Virus record (IMG/VR): IMGVR_UViG_3300028833_000098
Span: 1 to 64,000 of that record
Length of the DNA: 64,000 nt
Source of the DNA: a virus
Lineage: Duplodnaviria; Caudoviricetes
Direction: 5' to 3' (one strand)
Under the pieces are notes generated by a model that was given only the letters and a program-made list of their open reading frames with translations, was not told the origin of the DNA and did not search any database. The translations under genes and the position numbers were made by a program. Position 1 is the first letter of the stretch; each line of letters opens with the position of its first letter. Of this stretch, positions 9,716 through 19,167 are shown one piece after another.

Positions 9716-12012
9716 CACTTTTCTTCTTCATCTTCAGACCACACAATATGTTTTATATTGAGGGCCATGTGCTTAAATGTCTTATAACGACTCTTAAGCC
9801 AAAATCTATCCATCGGAACTGAAGAATCGAATATATCATAATAGTCTCCTATTTTTCCCATATAACGAATTCTCCAGAATGTCTGTTGAGCAGTTATTTT
9901 ACTGCAGAATGGTGATGCTGCTATAATTGTTGTGATACCTTTTATATCAGTACCGGTTCCACATGACTGAATTGTTGTCACAATGATATCACTTCGTTTA
10001 GCATATTCGTTGTCCTTCTTGGAATTCTTTGAACAAATCGTTCTAATATCGAGATCATATTGAAAATCCCGGTCTCTATCGAGATGTGTTTTCAAATAAT
10101 AAACACAGTCTTCACATAGATCTATCAATGGTAAAAATATGAGTATCTTTGCATATTGATCTTTTTCATATGCTGTCTTAACGAGTTCTTCAATACATTT
10201 GAAATGTATGTGCTTTTTGTCATACTGAATAACCCATTTTCCATATGATGCAGGATTCATTCCTTTTCCACCAGCAACCCTATATTTATATATGTTTGGT
10301 TTACAGTGTGTATTGACTTCAACAGTGCTGTAGTTGACCCACCTCTTTGGTGCATCATCAGTAAGTAATGCTGATGGCTTATAGAAAACAGCATTTGAAA
10401 ATACATGTTTGAATATGCTGTTCTCATCTTTACCGGATCTACCTGCTGTTGCGGTTAGATAAAGATTGCGTTTAACATTGAAACAGAAATCCATTATTAA
10501 TGTATCTCTGAATTCAAGATGTGCTTCATCAATTATTTTTAAACCAATACCCAAGTTCTTTGTTATATTCATAACATCAGTCATCTTTTGTATTCTAACA
10601 AGACTTGCTCGAAATGTTGCATGTGTCATTAAATAAACATCATAATCTAATTTCAGTTTACCTTTTGCAATTGCTTCAAGCTCTTCCGTAGAAGTTATCT
10701 CATGTACTTCTTTTGTAGTAAGACCATTCATATTGAACAATGAATTGAACCATTGTCTTCTCAATGCATCTCTATGCATAATAATGAGAGTCTTCATCTT
10801 AAGCTTACACAGTCCGACACCTGAACAGAAGGTGTTATGTGTAACTATGAAGTTCTCTGTAAGATAAAGGTGGTCTGGATTATCAACCTTAATACATCTG
10901 GCTTTTTCTACATGAGAATACTTGATGTCTACTATTCTAAGTTTTTCTTTTTTCTCATAATAGAGCCCTTTATCTTCTTTATTATAATACGCTGAATAAC
11001 CCATCGCATATAATATTGGTAAAGCTACTTCATTTATGTAGAAATTGGTTTCCTCATCATCTATTAGGTCAACATGCACACACCCACATGTACCAATGAA
11101 TCCTTTCATTCTCAGAAAGTCATGCATTTGTTCTGGTGATGAATTTACATATGTGCCATATAATGAATCGAGAGTTGGTGTTATATGTGGACCGAAACAA
11201 GCAGCAACATAAGGTTTCTTCTTATATTGAACGGGTTCACATATCGGGATATACAATTCATGAGTGTTTATAAGATCGATCAATTCCTTAGTATCATAAA
11301 CAGAATACTTTATTTTGTCATCGATATATACTGCCCATAAATGGTCCAAACCACATTGTGCAATTCTACCATCCTCAAATGTCAATTCATAGATATTTTG
11401 TTCTCCATGTTCAAATATACCTATGACCTGGGTCGGTTTACCATGTTTATCAAATACATAGTCACCAATCTTTAGATCACCCATTCTTATGTATCCACTA
11501 CCACAATCTTCATGCTCTATATCAACATATCTACCAGCCTGCAAGACCGTTGACTTCTTCATATGTGTTGTAACTGCAGGAATCTTCCTTGAATAGGGTT
11601 CCATTTTGCCAAAACCACCTGACTTAACTAAAAATAATTGTGATTGATCAGCGTTGTTGTGGTATCCAGCACCAGTAATAAAGTCTATAACATCGACCTG
11701 TTCTTCATTACGAGGTGGAATGATCTCCTCATATTCAAATTTCATTGGTTTGAAAGGATGATATAAATCATATACAACCTTTATGTTACCCAAACACTTT
11801 TGAAGATATTCTATGTCAACACCTTTATGGAGAAACAACGTATCTGTTTCTTTATCATACATAAAACCCAAAGTCTTTGTATCTTCAGCAAACTCATCCT
11901 CATAAGTTAACATATCAATCAGTGTTGATAACAGATACGATGCTTCTTCTCCATTTGATATTGTTATTGATGTAGCTCTAACAGTAACTACAAAACATGT
12001 TGTTGATGCCAT
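9715..12012 (-). CDS. superfamily 2 (UvsW-like/DExH) helicase interrupted by an intein
   Basis: Walker A GGFGK|T split by the intein; IIDEAH, LTAT, GTGTDI, QQTFWRIR. Confidence 0.88.
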   Translation of the reverse strand: MASTTCFVVTVRATSITISNGEEASYLLSTLIDMLTYEDEFAEDTKTLGFMYDKETDTLFLHKGVDIEYLQKCLGNIKVVYDLYHPFKPMKFEYEEIIPPRNEEQVDVIDFITGAGYHNNADQSQLFLVKSGGFGKMEPYSRKIPAVTTHMKKSTVLQAGRYVDIEHEDCGSGYIRMGDLKIGDYVFDKHGKPTQVIGIFEHGEQNIYELTFEDGRIAQCGLDHLWAVYIDDKIKYSVYDTKELIDLINTHELYIPICEPVQYKKKPYVAACFGPHITPTLDSLYGTYVNSSPEQMHDFLRMKGFIGTCGCVHVDLIDDEETNFYINEVALPILYAMGYSAYYNKEDKGLYYEKKEKLRIVDIKYSHVEKARCIKVDNPDHLYLTENFIVTHNTFCSGVGLCKLKMKTLIIMHRDALRRQWFNSLFNMNGLTTKEVHEITSTEELEAIAKGKLKLDYDVYLMTHATFRASLVRIQKMTDVMNITKNLGIGLKIIDEAHLEFRDTLIMDFCFNVKRNLYLTATAGRSGKDENSIFKHVFSNAVFYKPSALLTDDAPKRWVNYSTVEVNTHCKPNIYKYRVAGGKGMNPASYGKWVIQYDKKHIHFKCIEELVKTAYEKDQYAKILIFLPLIDLCEDCVYYLKTHLDRDRDFQYDLDIRTICSKNSKKDNEYAKRSDIIVTTIQSCGTGTDIKGITTIIAASPFCSKITAQQTFWRIRYMGKIGDYYDIFDSSVPMDRFWLKSRYKTFKHMALNIKHIVWSEDEEEK
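10834..11604 (-). mobile_element. class 3 intein (257 aa, starts with Met, no recognisable intact homing endonuclease)
   Basis: Inserted between K and T of the P-loop; MGDLKIGDYV; block B DHLW; block F RCIKVDNPDHLYL; block G VTHN followed by +1 Thr. Confidence 0.85.
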
Positions 12013-12029
12013 TAGAGCATCATCTCCTT

Positions 12030-12320
12030 TTATATAAATTCAACTCTAATATGGTTGAAGTTCTTAATGTCATTAATTTGTTCGTCATTGAAATAACCGA
12101 CTGCAACTACAGATCCATCATAACAAACACGAATCTTTTTATAATTATCCTGTTCAGGAGGACGTTTGAATTCATTTTGTAGTAGTAATGTTACTAATAC
12201 ATTTTCAGTTATGTCTTTTAATTCACCATTACTTTCTTTTGAAAGATGGTACTTATCGCAGAATTCATGTATCGTACTTAATCCGGCGATATTTCTACTG
12301 ATATGTTTATTTTCCATCAT
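12030..12320 (-). CDS. hypothetical protein
   Basis: ORF in a co-oriented operon, with RBS. Confidence 0.6.
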   Translation of the reverse strand: MMENKHISRNIAGLSTIHEFCDKYHLSKESNGELKDITENVLVTLLLQNEFKRPPEQDNYKKIRVCYDGSVVAVGYFNDEQINDIKNFNHIRVEFI

Positions 12321-12543
12321 TGTCCCTCCTGTCGATATGTCCAGATTTTACAAGTAACGCAAGATCTTGATGTAGTATTCCCCTATGCTGAAAAGCACGT
12401 GTCAATATCAAATATTGATCATACGTTAAACTTATTTCCCCCAAAGATTGTCTGCTTATATTAGAATAAATATCATATAACATTGTATCGTTATCATTTA
12501 CCGATACCCCTATATCATGTGTATTATGTTTTATATCAGACAT
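12307..12543 (-). CDS. hypothetical protein
   Basis: ORF in a co-oriented operon. Confidence 0.55.
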   Translation of the reverse strand: MSDIKHNTHDIGVSVNDNDTMLYDIYSNISRQSLGEISLTYDQYLILTRAFQHRGILHQDLALLVKSGHIDRRDNDGK

Positions 12544-12575
12544 TTTAATATCACCCTTAACTTCAGTATTATGTA

Positions 12576-13349
12576 TTACTTTGAACTATCGTCTGTTTTC
12601 TCGAATGGATTGAAAACACGTTTAGTCTTTATGACGATGTCTGCAGATAGTGATGATGTATTGACATTGTATTCGATACACTTCTCTCTATCAACATTGC
12701 CCAGTTTGTCAGCTATCGCTTCAACAGAGATATTGAAGTATTTATGATATCTCTCTGTTTCAAGCTCCTTTGACATGTGCTTTCTTCCATCATCAGTAAC
12801 ACTTTTTACCCAAGTATAGAACTCATCACGTTCTTTAGAAACCTTCTCACGGGACTGTTTATATTTTTCATAATTCATCCCATCATATGTCTGCATGTAA
12901 TAAAGGAGATGCCCGGCCTCGTGCCTTGCTGTATTACGTATGTTTATGTCGATATAGTTATCAAAATCCCATATATGATATAATGCATTCTCAATGAAGA
13001 GATCCATATTAATCTTAACAATTAATTTCTTTATTTGAATACATCCTTTATCATCGGTCTTTGCAGCAAATGTTGCATAACATGGTCTGCTGTTTCTTTT
13101 CACAATACCATCATTGTATGTATTAACGATGAACTGACGTGAGAAGGACTTCTTGTCTTTGTTTGGCTTGAATAATTCATCTTCAACAAAAAGAATTGTT
13201 GAATGGGATACTTTTATTACAACCATATCATGGTATTTCTTTTTGAATATTTCAGGATGGGAATTGAGTGTTTTGAGAACCTCATCCTCGAATATCTTAA
13301 TAAGCTGGGTTTTGAATGACCCAATATCGAATAACTTTGTCTTATTCAT
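12576..13349 (-). CDS. putative zinc metallopeptidase, paralog 2
   Basis: ARHEAGHLL..KYFNISVEAIAD; RBS AGGAG before the ATG at 13349. Confidence 0.7.
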   Translation of the reverse strand: MNKTKLFDIGSFKTQLIKIFEDEVLKTLNSHPEIFKKKYHDMVVIKVSHSTILFVEDELFKPNKDKKSFSRQFIVNTYNDGIVKRNSRPCYATFAAKTDDKGCIQIKKLIVKINMDLFIENALYHIWDFDNYIDINIRNTARHEAGHLLYYMQTYDGMNYEKYKQSREKVSKERDEFYTWVKSVTDDGRKHMSKELETERYHKYFNISVEAIADKLGNVDREKCIEYNVNTSSLSADIVIKTKRVFNPFEKTDDSSK

Positions 13350-14103
13350 TTTTCGACTCCTTTTTGGTTTTATCTTTGCGGACATGAGTTCTTATCACAA
13401 CATCTATTCTGCGTTTGTGATTTTTGAACTGATAGTCTATTGATTTAGCTCTATCAACTTTACCATACATGTCAGCTATACTTTCATTTGGTATATTGAA
13501 GTATTTTTCCAAACGAAGACGTTCTTCGTCATCTGTGAGCGTTCTTGGGGGATCACCTACTGTTGCTTTCCACCATTCCCTCCATGCTTCTTTTTCTTTC
13601 TTATTCTTCTTATCATTTTTAATGAAGAGACTGTCTTTTTTACCATCATATGATATATAGTCGATTATATGACCGGCTTCATGACGAGCTTCTTGTTTCA
13701 GAAAAATCTCGATCCAATTATCGATGTCCCACATATTGGATAATGCTTCTTCAACGAGTATATCTGTATTTACTCTTATCAGTAATTTCGATATCTTCAG
13801 ATTCTTTTTCTTATCCACATTACCATACATATGTGCTATCATTGGAGTAGAGTTTCTTTCATATGCTGAATCATTGTACATATTAACGATGAACTTTCTT
13901 GAGAATGTTTTCCTTTCAGAAGGAAACAACTCATCTTCAACAAAAAGAATTGTAGTGTTTGTAAAACTTACAGAAAATATATCCTTATATTTTTCTGTAA
14001 AAATGTCGGGATATGATGAGAATACTTTATATATTTCATCACATATAATGTTTTCCAACTGCTTACGAAGAGTTGTGAAATCAAATATTTTTACTTTTCC
14101 CAT
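13342..14103 (-). CDS. putative zinc metallopeptidase, paralog 1
   Basis: ARHEAGHII..KYFNIPNESIAD; shares TILFVEDELF and FSRxFIVNxYND with its neighbour; RBS GGAGG before 14103. Confidence 0.7.
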   Translation of the reverse strand: MGKVKIFDFTTLRKQLENIICDEIYKVFSSYPDIFTEKYKDIFSVSFTNTTILFVEDELFPSERKTFSRKFIVNMYNDSAYERNSTPMIAHMYGNVDKKKNLKISKLLIRVNTDILVEEALSNMWDIDNWIEIFLKQEARHEAGHIIDYISYDGKKDSLFIKNDKKNKKEKEAWREWWKATVGDPPRTLTDDEERLRLEKYFNIPNESIADMYGKVDRAKSIDYQFKNHKRRIDVVIRTHVRKDKTKKESKNE

Positions 14104-14147
14104 TGGGATTACCTCCTTTTTTTTTATAATAGTAAGATGTATCTGAT

Positions 14148-14171
14148 TCAAATAAATAATATATATTTACA
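14148..14171 (-). promoter_or_regulatory. putative early promoter (TATATTAT core)
   Basis: Minus strand TGTAAATATATATTATTTATTTGA immediately after a terminator. Confidence 0.55.
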
Positions 14172-14196
14172 TAGGGCGGATAATCCGCCCTATGTA
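14168..14196 (-). terminator. intrinsic terminator
   Basis: TACATAGGGCGGA-TAA-TCCGCCCTATGTA after the topoisomerase gene. Confidence 0.8.
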
Positions 14197-14208
14197 TTTT
14201 GAATAAGG

Positions 14209-16491
14209 TTATGACAAAGTCGCTCTGATACACTTACAACCAGGAACATGTTTTGGACGTGTTGGTTCAACTGCCATTGTTGTCGGCTGTAATGTATTAA
14301 TGTGAACAGTTGAGATTCTCGAATCAGCATGGTACAATGTAACCGACTGATCATTGTCTACACAGAACACTGCTATCAGATCATCCTGTTGAGAAAGTTT
14401 GATAATCGGTTTAGGATCAGCAAACTTCTTAACTGTTGATAGATACTTAGAATGATTAAGTCTAAGACGGCCCAGTCTTGTAACATATACCAAGTATGGT
14501 TTGTTTGAATTGATACAGAACATTCCACGAACTTCACAATCGGTTTTGATTATGAACTGTCCTGCTGCATCAACCGAGTTTACTTTGTTAAGATCAGATG
14601 TTGATATACGCTTACCCATACCATCACTTGTATAGATGAGAATATCTGCGTGGGATGTATCGGGTACTTCTAATATCGAAACGATCTTTTCATCACTTGA
14701 TGTTGGAATGAGAGGTTTTCTGGTTGCATTAGAAGGTATCTTATCTATTGGCATATATTTGATACGACCTTTGTTGGTAAGCATAACTATGTTGTTTATC
14801 TGATTGGATACTGCAGCAACACAATCACCCATCATTGTTTTACCAATAGATGTGAGTGTTAATGGCTTACCATGTGGAACTTTATCAAGATTAACCTTGA
14901 TGAATCTTCCCTTATCATCGATAAGACAAACCTCATTACCGGATATGGGTACAATGTCAGAAGACATGTGTTCGGGATCTTCTGTTTCTGAAAACATAAT
15001 TGAACCATCAGTAAGTATCTGAACGATACTGATGTTGGAACCGTCATTGGTCTGTGAATTGAGTATCTTACTGCGTCTCGGGAAACCATACTTTTCCTTT
15101 ATCTCTTTTATTTCATTAATTACAACATCACGAATCTTTTCTGGATCAGCAACATTCTCATGAATGTAATCTATCTCATCCTTCAGATCACTGATCTTCT
15201 TCTCAGTTGATTTATACTCGGACATGTTTAACTGTGACAATCTGAGATTCTTAACAAAGTTTGCCTGTGATGATGTTACTTTACCTTTATACTCCTTTAC
15301 GAGGTTGGATATAATAGCATCTTCATCAGCCGATCTTTTGAATACACGAATTGTTCTATCAAGATTTTCAGGTGATAACATAAACAGTTTACCTGACAGC
15401 ATATCATATCGAGCAGACTTTTCAACAAGCTCTCTCAAGAACCATCCACGTTTGTACGCAAGTCTGAAATCTATCCATGATCTCAGAATCTGCCGTGGAT
15501 TAAATTCTTTTGTACGGAAATCGTTATCTACAACTACCATGTTTGTTGTTGTAAATCCAACTCTGAATCCAGGTATACGTTTAAACAGTGTCTCAAGTAC
15601 CTTATAAAGATTACACTGTTTACACCTGATGACATATCTGAGACCGTCCTCCAATCTCTCCTGTTCCTGATCAAATGTCAGAATCTCATTGATTCTATTT
15701 GGTCCATCCTGCAGAATACGCAATTGTGTATCAAGCTTTTCGATGAATTGCATATATGGTGTGTTTGTTATTGTGATTACATAATTAACCATATCAATCT
15801 CGAATGAAGATTGCATTACAAATCTATTATCTGCAACGACTATTATATCACATCCGGTTGGAAGATCAGGGACAAGTTTAATCTTTGCATCAGGATTCTT
15901 CAATAACTTGATAGTTGCATCAGCAACCTCATTAATGTTATAAGGAGGAATGTCTGATGATAAAGTATATCCTATGCCTGCAGTACCATTCAACAGAATG
16001 ATTGGGAATCTGGCAGGAAGACATATCGGCTCAACCGCAGAGTCATCATATGATGGCTTCATCGATACTTTTCCGTCAAACTCATCGAACAATGCCTTTG
16101 CTGAAAAGTCTGATAAAGTAATATCAAGATATCTTGCAGCAGCTGCATCATCGCCACCAGCAAGAGTACCTGCATTACCTTCAGTCTCTATGAGTGGAAT
16201 ATTGTTTGAGAATGTTTGACATAATCTTGCAATAGTATCACCAAGGCCTTGGTCGCCATGAGGATGTAATTTCAGCAAGTCTCCCATGAGCACAGAGATA
16301 CGAACATGTTTCTTTCCATAAATGGTATAAAGCTGATATAACATTCTACGTTGTACCGGTTTTAATCCATCCTGAATTTGTGGTATTGCTCTTTGGAGAT
16401 TGACATTAACTCCATACAGGCACATGTATTGTTTTGCTAATGGTCCAATATCGACGTTGGGGATATTTGTATCTCCATATAGTTTTTCCAT
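14209..16491 (-). CDS. type IIA topoisomerase subunit A (GyrA/ParC-like)
   Basis: RAIP..DGLKPVQRR; HPHGD; catalytic AAARY; LLNGTAGIG; C-terminal beta-pinwheel-type repeats (LTNKGRIK, YTSDGMGK, VTRLGRLR). Confidence 0.92.
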   Translation of the reverse strand: MEKLYGDTNIPNVDIGPLAKQYMCLYGVNVNLQRAIPQIQDGLKPVQRRMLYQLYTIYGKKHVRISVLMGDLLKLHPHGDQGLGDTIARLCQTFSNNIPLIETEGNAGTLAGGDDAAAARYLDITLSDFSAKALFDEFDGKVSMKPSYDDSAVEPICLPARFPIILLNGTAGIGYTLSSDIPPYNINEVADATIKLLKNPDAKIKLVPDLPTGCDIIVVADNRFVMQSSFEIDMVNYVITITNTPYMQFIEKLDTQLRILQDGPNRINEILTFDQEQERLEDGLRYVIRCKQCNLYKVLETLFKRIPGFRVGFTTTNMVVVDNDFRTKEFNPRQILRSWIDFRLAYKRGWFLRELVEKSARYDMLSGKLFMLSPENLDRTIRVFKRSADEDAIISNLVKEYKGKVTSSQANFVKNLRLSQLNMSEYKSTEKKISDLKDEIDYIHENVADPEKIRDVVINEIKEIKEKYGFPRRSKILNSQTNDGSNISIVQILTDGSIMFSETEDPEHMSSDIVPISGNEVCLIDDKGRFIKVNLDKVPHGKPLTLTSIGKTMMGDCVAAVSNQINNIVMLTNKGRIKYMPIDKIPSNATRKPLIPTSSDEKIVSILEVPDTSHADILIYTSDGMGKRISTSDLNKVNSVDAAGQFIIKTDCEVRGMFCINSNKPYLVYVTRLGRLRLNHSKYLSTVKKFADPKPIIKLSQQDDLIAVFCVDNDQSVTLYHADSRISTVHINTLQPTTMAVEPTRPKHVPGCKCIRATLS

Positions 16492-16506
16492 TTCGTTTTA
16501 CCTCCA

Positions 16507-18315
16507 TTAATTATTAACACCAAACTGCATATCGAGATATTCAAATACTTCGGATACAGTAGGTTCGTTAAACCAGTTAGACATCAATGAAAACTCATTC
16601 TTATTTTTATAAGTATTCATCAATGGTCCAGTCATATCTTCAGCATGAGGTCTATTCTTGGAATCATGCCAAATATATGCTTGGTTGAATGATGTGTTAT
16701 TGCACATTCCATTCTGGAACACTTCATTGTTTATATTACATTTATACAACAATGACATTGGGTCCATATTCATACCCATTTTAGTTGATGGATAATATGA
16801 TGCTGCATCAGCATCCAGGACACCATACATTATTAAGTTCAATCTCTTTCCATTCAATATTAAACCAGTTGGTTTATTATGTTCTGGGGGTGCGACAAAT
16901 GCACCTTTGAAAGCGGGATCAATATTAGGATCTATCAGAAGTGTATTTGCCTGAACAAATCCTTCATCTTCGAAAATGAATTCTCTGATATTTCTAACGA
17001 TATGGGTTTCCTTAAAACATTTTGCATACTGTGTTGCAAACATATAAGAACGACCCACAAGAGATTGACAGTCATTAGACTTTAATTCGATTGCAAGTTG
17101 TACAACAACGTCACGAACATTATACAAGATAAACTTAATAAAGTCTGTATATGCGAATTGTCTAAACGTTCCTGATTTTGTTTGTGTCAACTTATCGATT
17201 TTAGCAACATCTTTACCAACAGAAGATAGAGAATAACTTCGTCTTTCCTGTTGTGATTTACGAATCATCGCGAACAGTCTCAGTTGACATATGTAAACCG
17301 TATATGTTGATGTATAGAACCAGTCTGATGATGTCTTAAATGAGAACTGTCCAGAATTATCTTCATGATAATACAACTGTTCGGTTTTAAATCCTTCCGG
17401 AATAAAGAAGTCTTTAGGATCATAACCAAGATATTCAATTCTATGAAGTAAATAGTTTTGGTCAAACTTACCATTCCATGATAAACAGAACATTGGTCTA
17501 TATTTATTGATGTAATCAAAGATGGTTTTGATTAATTTGATCTCATCATTGAAATCAAAGAAATGTAATCTTACTTCATAATCAGCAAGATATTTTTTGT
17601 TGTCATCATCATCTTCTTTGACCATTCTCTTGAATTCTGATTGATTGTTTATCATCCAATTATATTCAACCTCTTGTTTCAATAAAAGATTATGAAACTT
17701 TGGATGCAGTTTATGTTTTGGACGTGGTCCGAGTACCATTACAGCACATATCTTTTGTGCCGGTAATATCAATGTAACGGCATTGACAGGTTGCGTTACA
17801 TCCTTGACATCTTTAGGATCGATCGTCTTATCAATAACATCACACTCTATATCAAGGAATGAATATGTTACTTTGGATACATCTATCTGATCTCCATACT
17901 TTTGCAACCATCTTAATCTGAAATATACATCCGGTGAGAAATCTGCTTTAAATACCCATGGGCATTCACACATGAATTTTGTTAATTCTCTACGATGCAT
18001 TGTTGCTGAATTCTTATTAAAGAAATCGGCATATTCACCACCAATATTCATTGCGATTACTTTTGGTATTTCAGATACCTTACAATATACAGGATAACAC
18101 TTATCAATTTCTGCTTGTGAAATTTGATACTTGTTCGTTCTATATTCTTCTTTTAGAAACCATATATCAACAATAGGTTGCTCATATTGAACCTCCAATT
18201 GCTGTGTTATCGGACTCCAATAAATTACCTCGAATGTCTCTGGTGAACGTGAATACCGTACATCAAACAAAATACTACCTTCGGGATAATCCAATTCTTT
18301 TAACTGTTGAACCAT
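16507..18315 (-). CDS. split family B DNA polymerase, N-terminal part (3'-5' exonuclease + motif A)
   Basis: ExoI LDIECD, ExoII WNGKFDQNYL, ExoIII YNVRD, FKGAFV, motif A DAASYYPS; motifs B and C absent. Confidence 0.85.
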   Translation of the reverse strand: MVQQLKELDYPEGSILFDVRYSRSPETFEVIYWSPITQQLEVQYEQPIVDIWFLKEEYRTNKYQISQAEIDKCYPVYCKVSEIPKVIAMNIGGEYADFFNKNSATMHRRELTKFMCECPWVFKADFSPDVYFRLRWLQKYGDQIDVSKVTYSFLDIECDVIDKTIDPKDVKDVTQPVNAVTLILPAQKICAVMVLGPRPKHKLHPKFHNLLLKQEVEYNWMINNQSEFKRMVKEDDDDNKKYLADYEVRLHFFDFNDEIKLIKTIFDYINKYRPMFCLSWNGKFDQNYLLHRIEYLGYDPKDFFIPEGFKTEQLYYHEDNSGQFSFKTSSDWFYTSTYTVYICQLRLFAMIRKSQQERRSYSLSSVGKDVAKIDKLTQTKSGTFRQFAYTDFIKFILYNVRDVVVQLAIELKSNDCQSLVGRSYMFATQYAKCFKETHIVRNIREFIFEDEGFVQANTLLIDPNIDPAFKGAFVAPPEHNKPTGLILNGKRLNLIMYGVLDADAASYYPSTKMGMNMDPMSLLYKCNINNEVFQNGMCNNTSFNQAYIWHDSKNRPHAEDMTGPLMNTYKNKNEFSLMSNWFNEPTVSEVFEYLDMQFGVNN

Positions 18316-18428
18316 ATAAATTACTCCTCCTTCATCTTTTTGTTTTATCAGATAAGTGATTTTGGTTTATTGTATCCTCGATTCGAATGAATAATATATT
18401 CGTTTAAAATAAGAAAAAATCACGGCTA

Positions 18429-18522
18429 TTTTCTATGCTACCGATCAGGATTTTAAAGTTCTACATATATATTATTACTATGATAAGAAAATAAACCATT
18501 TATGAATCTCCCACTATGGGAG
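18429..18522 (+). promoter_or_regulatory. repeated promoter/stem-loop cassette, copy 2
   Basis: Same consensus as copy 1; hairpin CTCCCA-CTA-TGGGAG before the RBS. Confidence 0.8.
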
Positions 18523-18537
18523 TAGAAAGGAGTCATT

Positions 18538-18783
18538 ATGATCATGACTACATTAGCATGTGTCACAATACTGGCAGTCTTTTGCTGTATAGGAGGCGCA
18601 AATGCAAAGGCTCCCAACGCTGGCACTATATTCGCAGACGTTGTGTCAACGTTGTACCTTATCCCATTATTAGTCACAACAGTAATCGTGGCATTAGTCA
18701 TAACAATAATCAAAGCGCCATTCAATTTAATAAGTAAGCTGAAAGGAAAAATCTGGAAGAGAGGGAATGAAAATGATTTATGA
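18538..18783 (+). CDS. small two-TM membrane protein
   Basis: RBS AGAAAGGAG; two hydrophobic helices. Confidence 0.65.
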   Translation: MIMTTLACVTILAVFCCIGGANAKAPNAGTIFADVVSTLYLIPLLVTTVIVALVITIIKAPFNLISKLKGKIWKRGNENDL

Positions 18784-19129
18784 GATTTTTGAGTGCTTTA
18801 AAAGGAACAAAGAAGGGGATGACTACTATGAGATCTTCACAAAGATCTCCCAGGTAGATTCCCTGGATAGCGCCATCCAGGAGGTATATAATCGACTGTC
18901 AGCAAATCCCATGCGGGATTGTGCAAAGATAGATATATACCCGGATGCCGCAATGAGAGTTATGTTACACCCGGATCAAATCGTGGCATATGGTTGGTTT
19001 ATCAAACCAACCAATGATGTGACATGTCACATCGGCGAATCATATACATTCGGCGAATGTACTTTATCAGATGGCCGTTGGCCTGATGATGAAGTACCTG
19101 AAAATGATGAAAAAGAATACTTTAAATAA
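18767..19129 (+). CDS. hypothetical early protein
   Basis: Coupled ORF ending at a terminator. Confidence 0.65.
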   Translation: MKMIYEIFECFKRNKEGDDYYEIFTKISQVDSLDSAIQEVYNRLSANPMRDCAKIDIYPDAAMRVMLHPDQIVAYGWFIKPTNDVTCHIGESYTFGECTLSDGRWPDDEVPENDEKEYFK

Positions 19130-19165
19130 AAATGGTGGGGGAAAATCCCCCACCATTTTTTTTTT
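19128..19165. terminator. bidirectional terminator
   Basis: AAAATGGTGGGGGA-AAA-TCCCCCACCATTTTTT. Confidence 0.85.
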
Positions 19166-19167
19166 GA

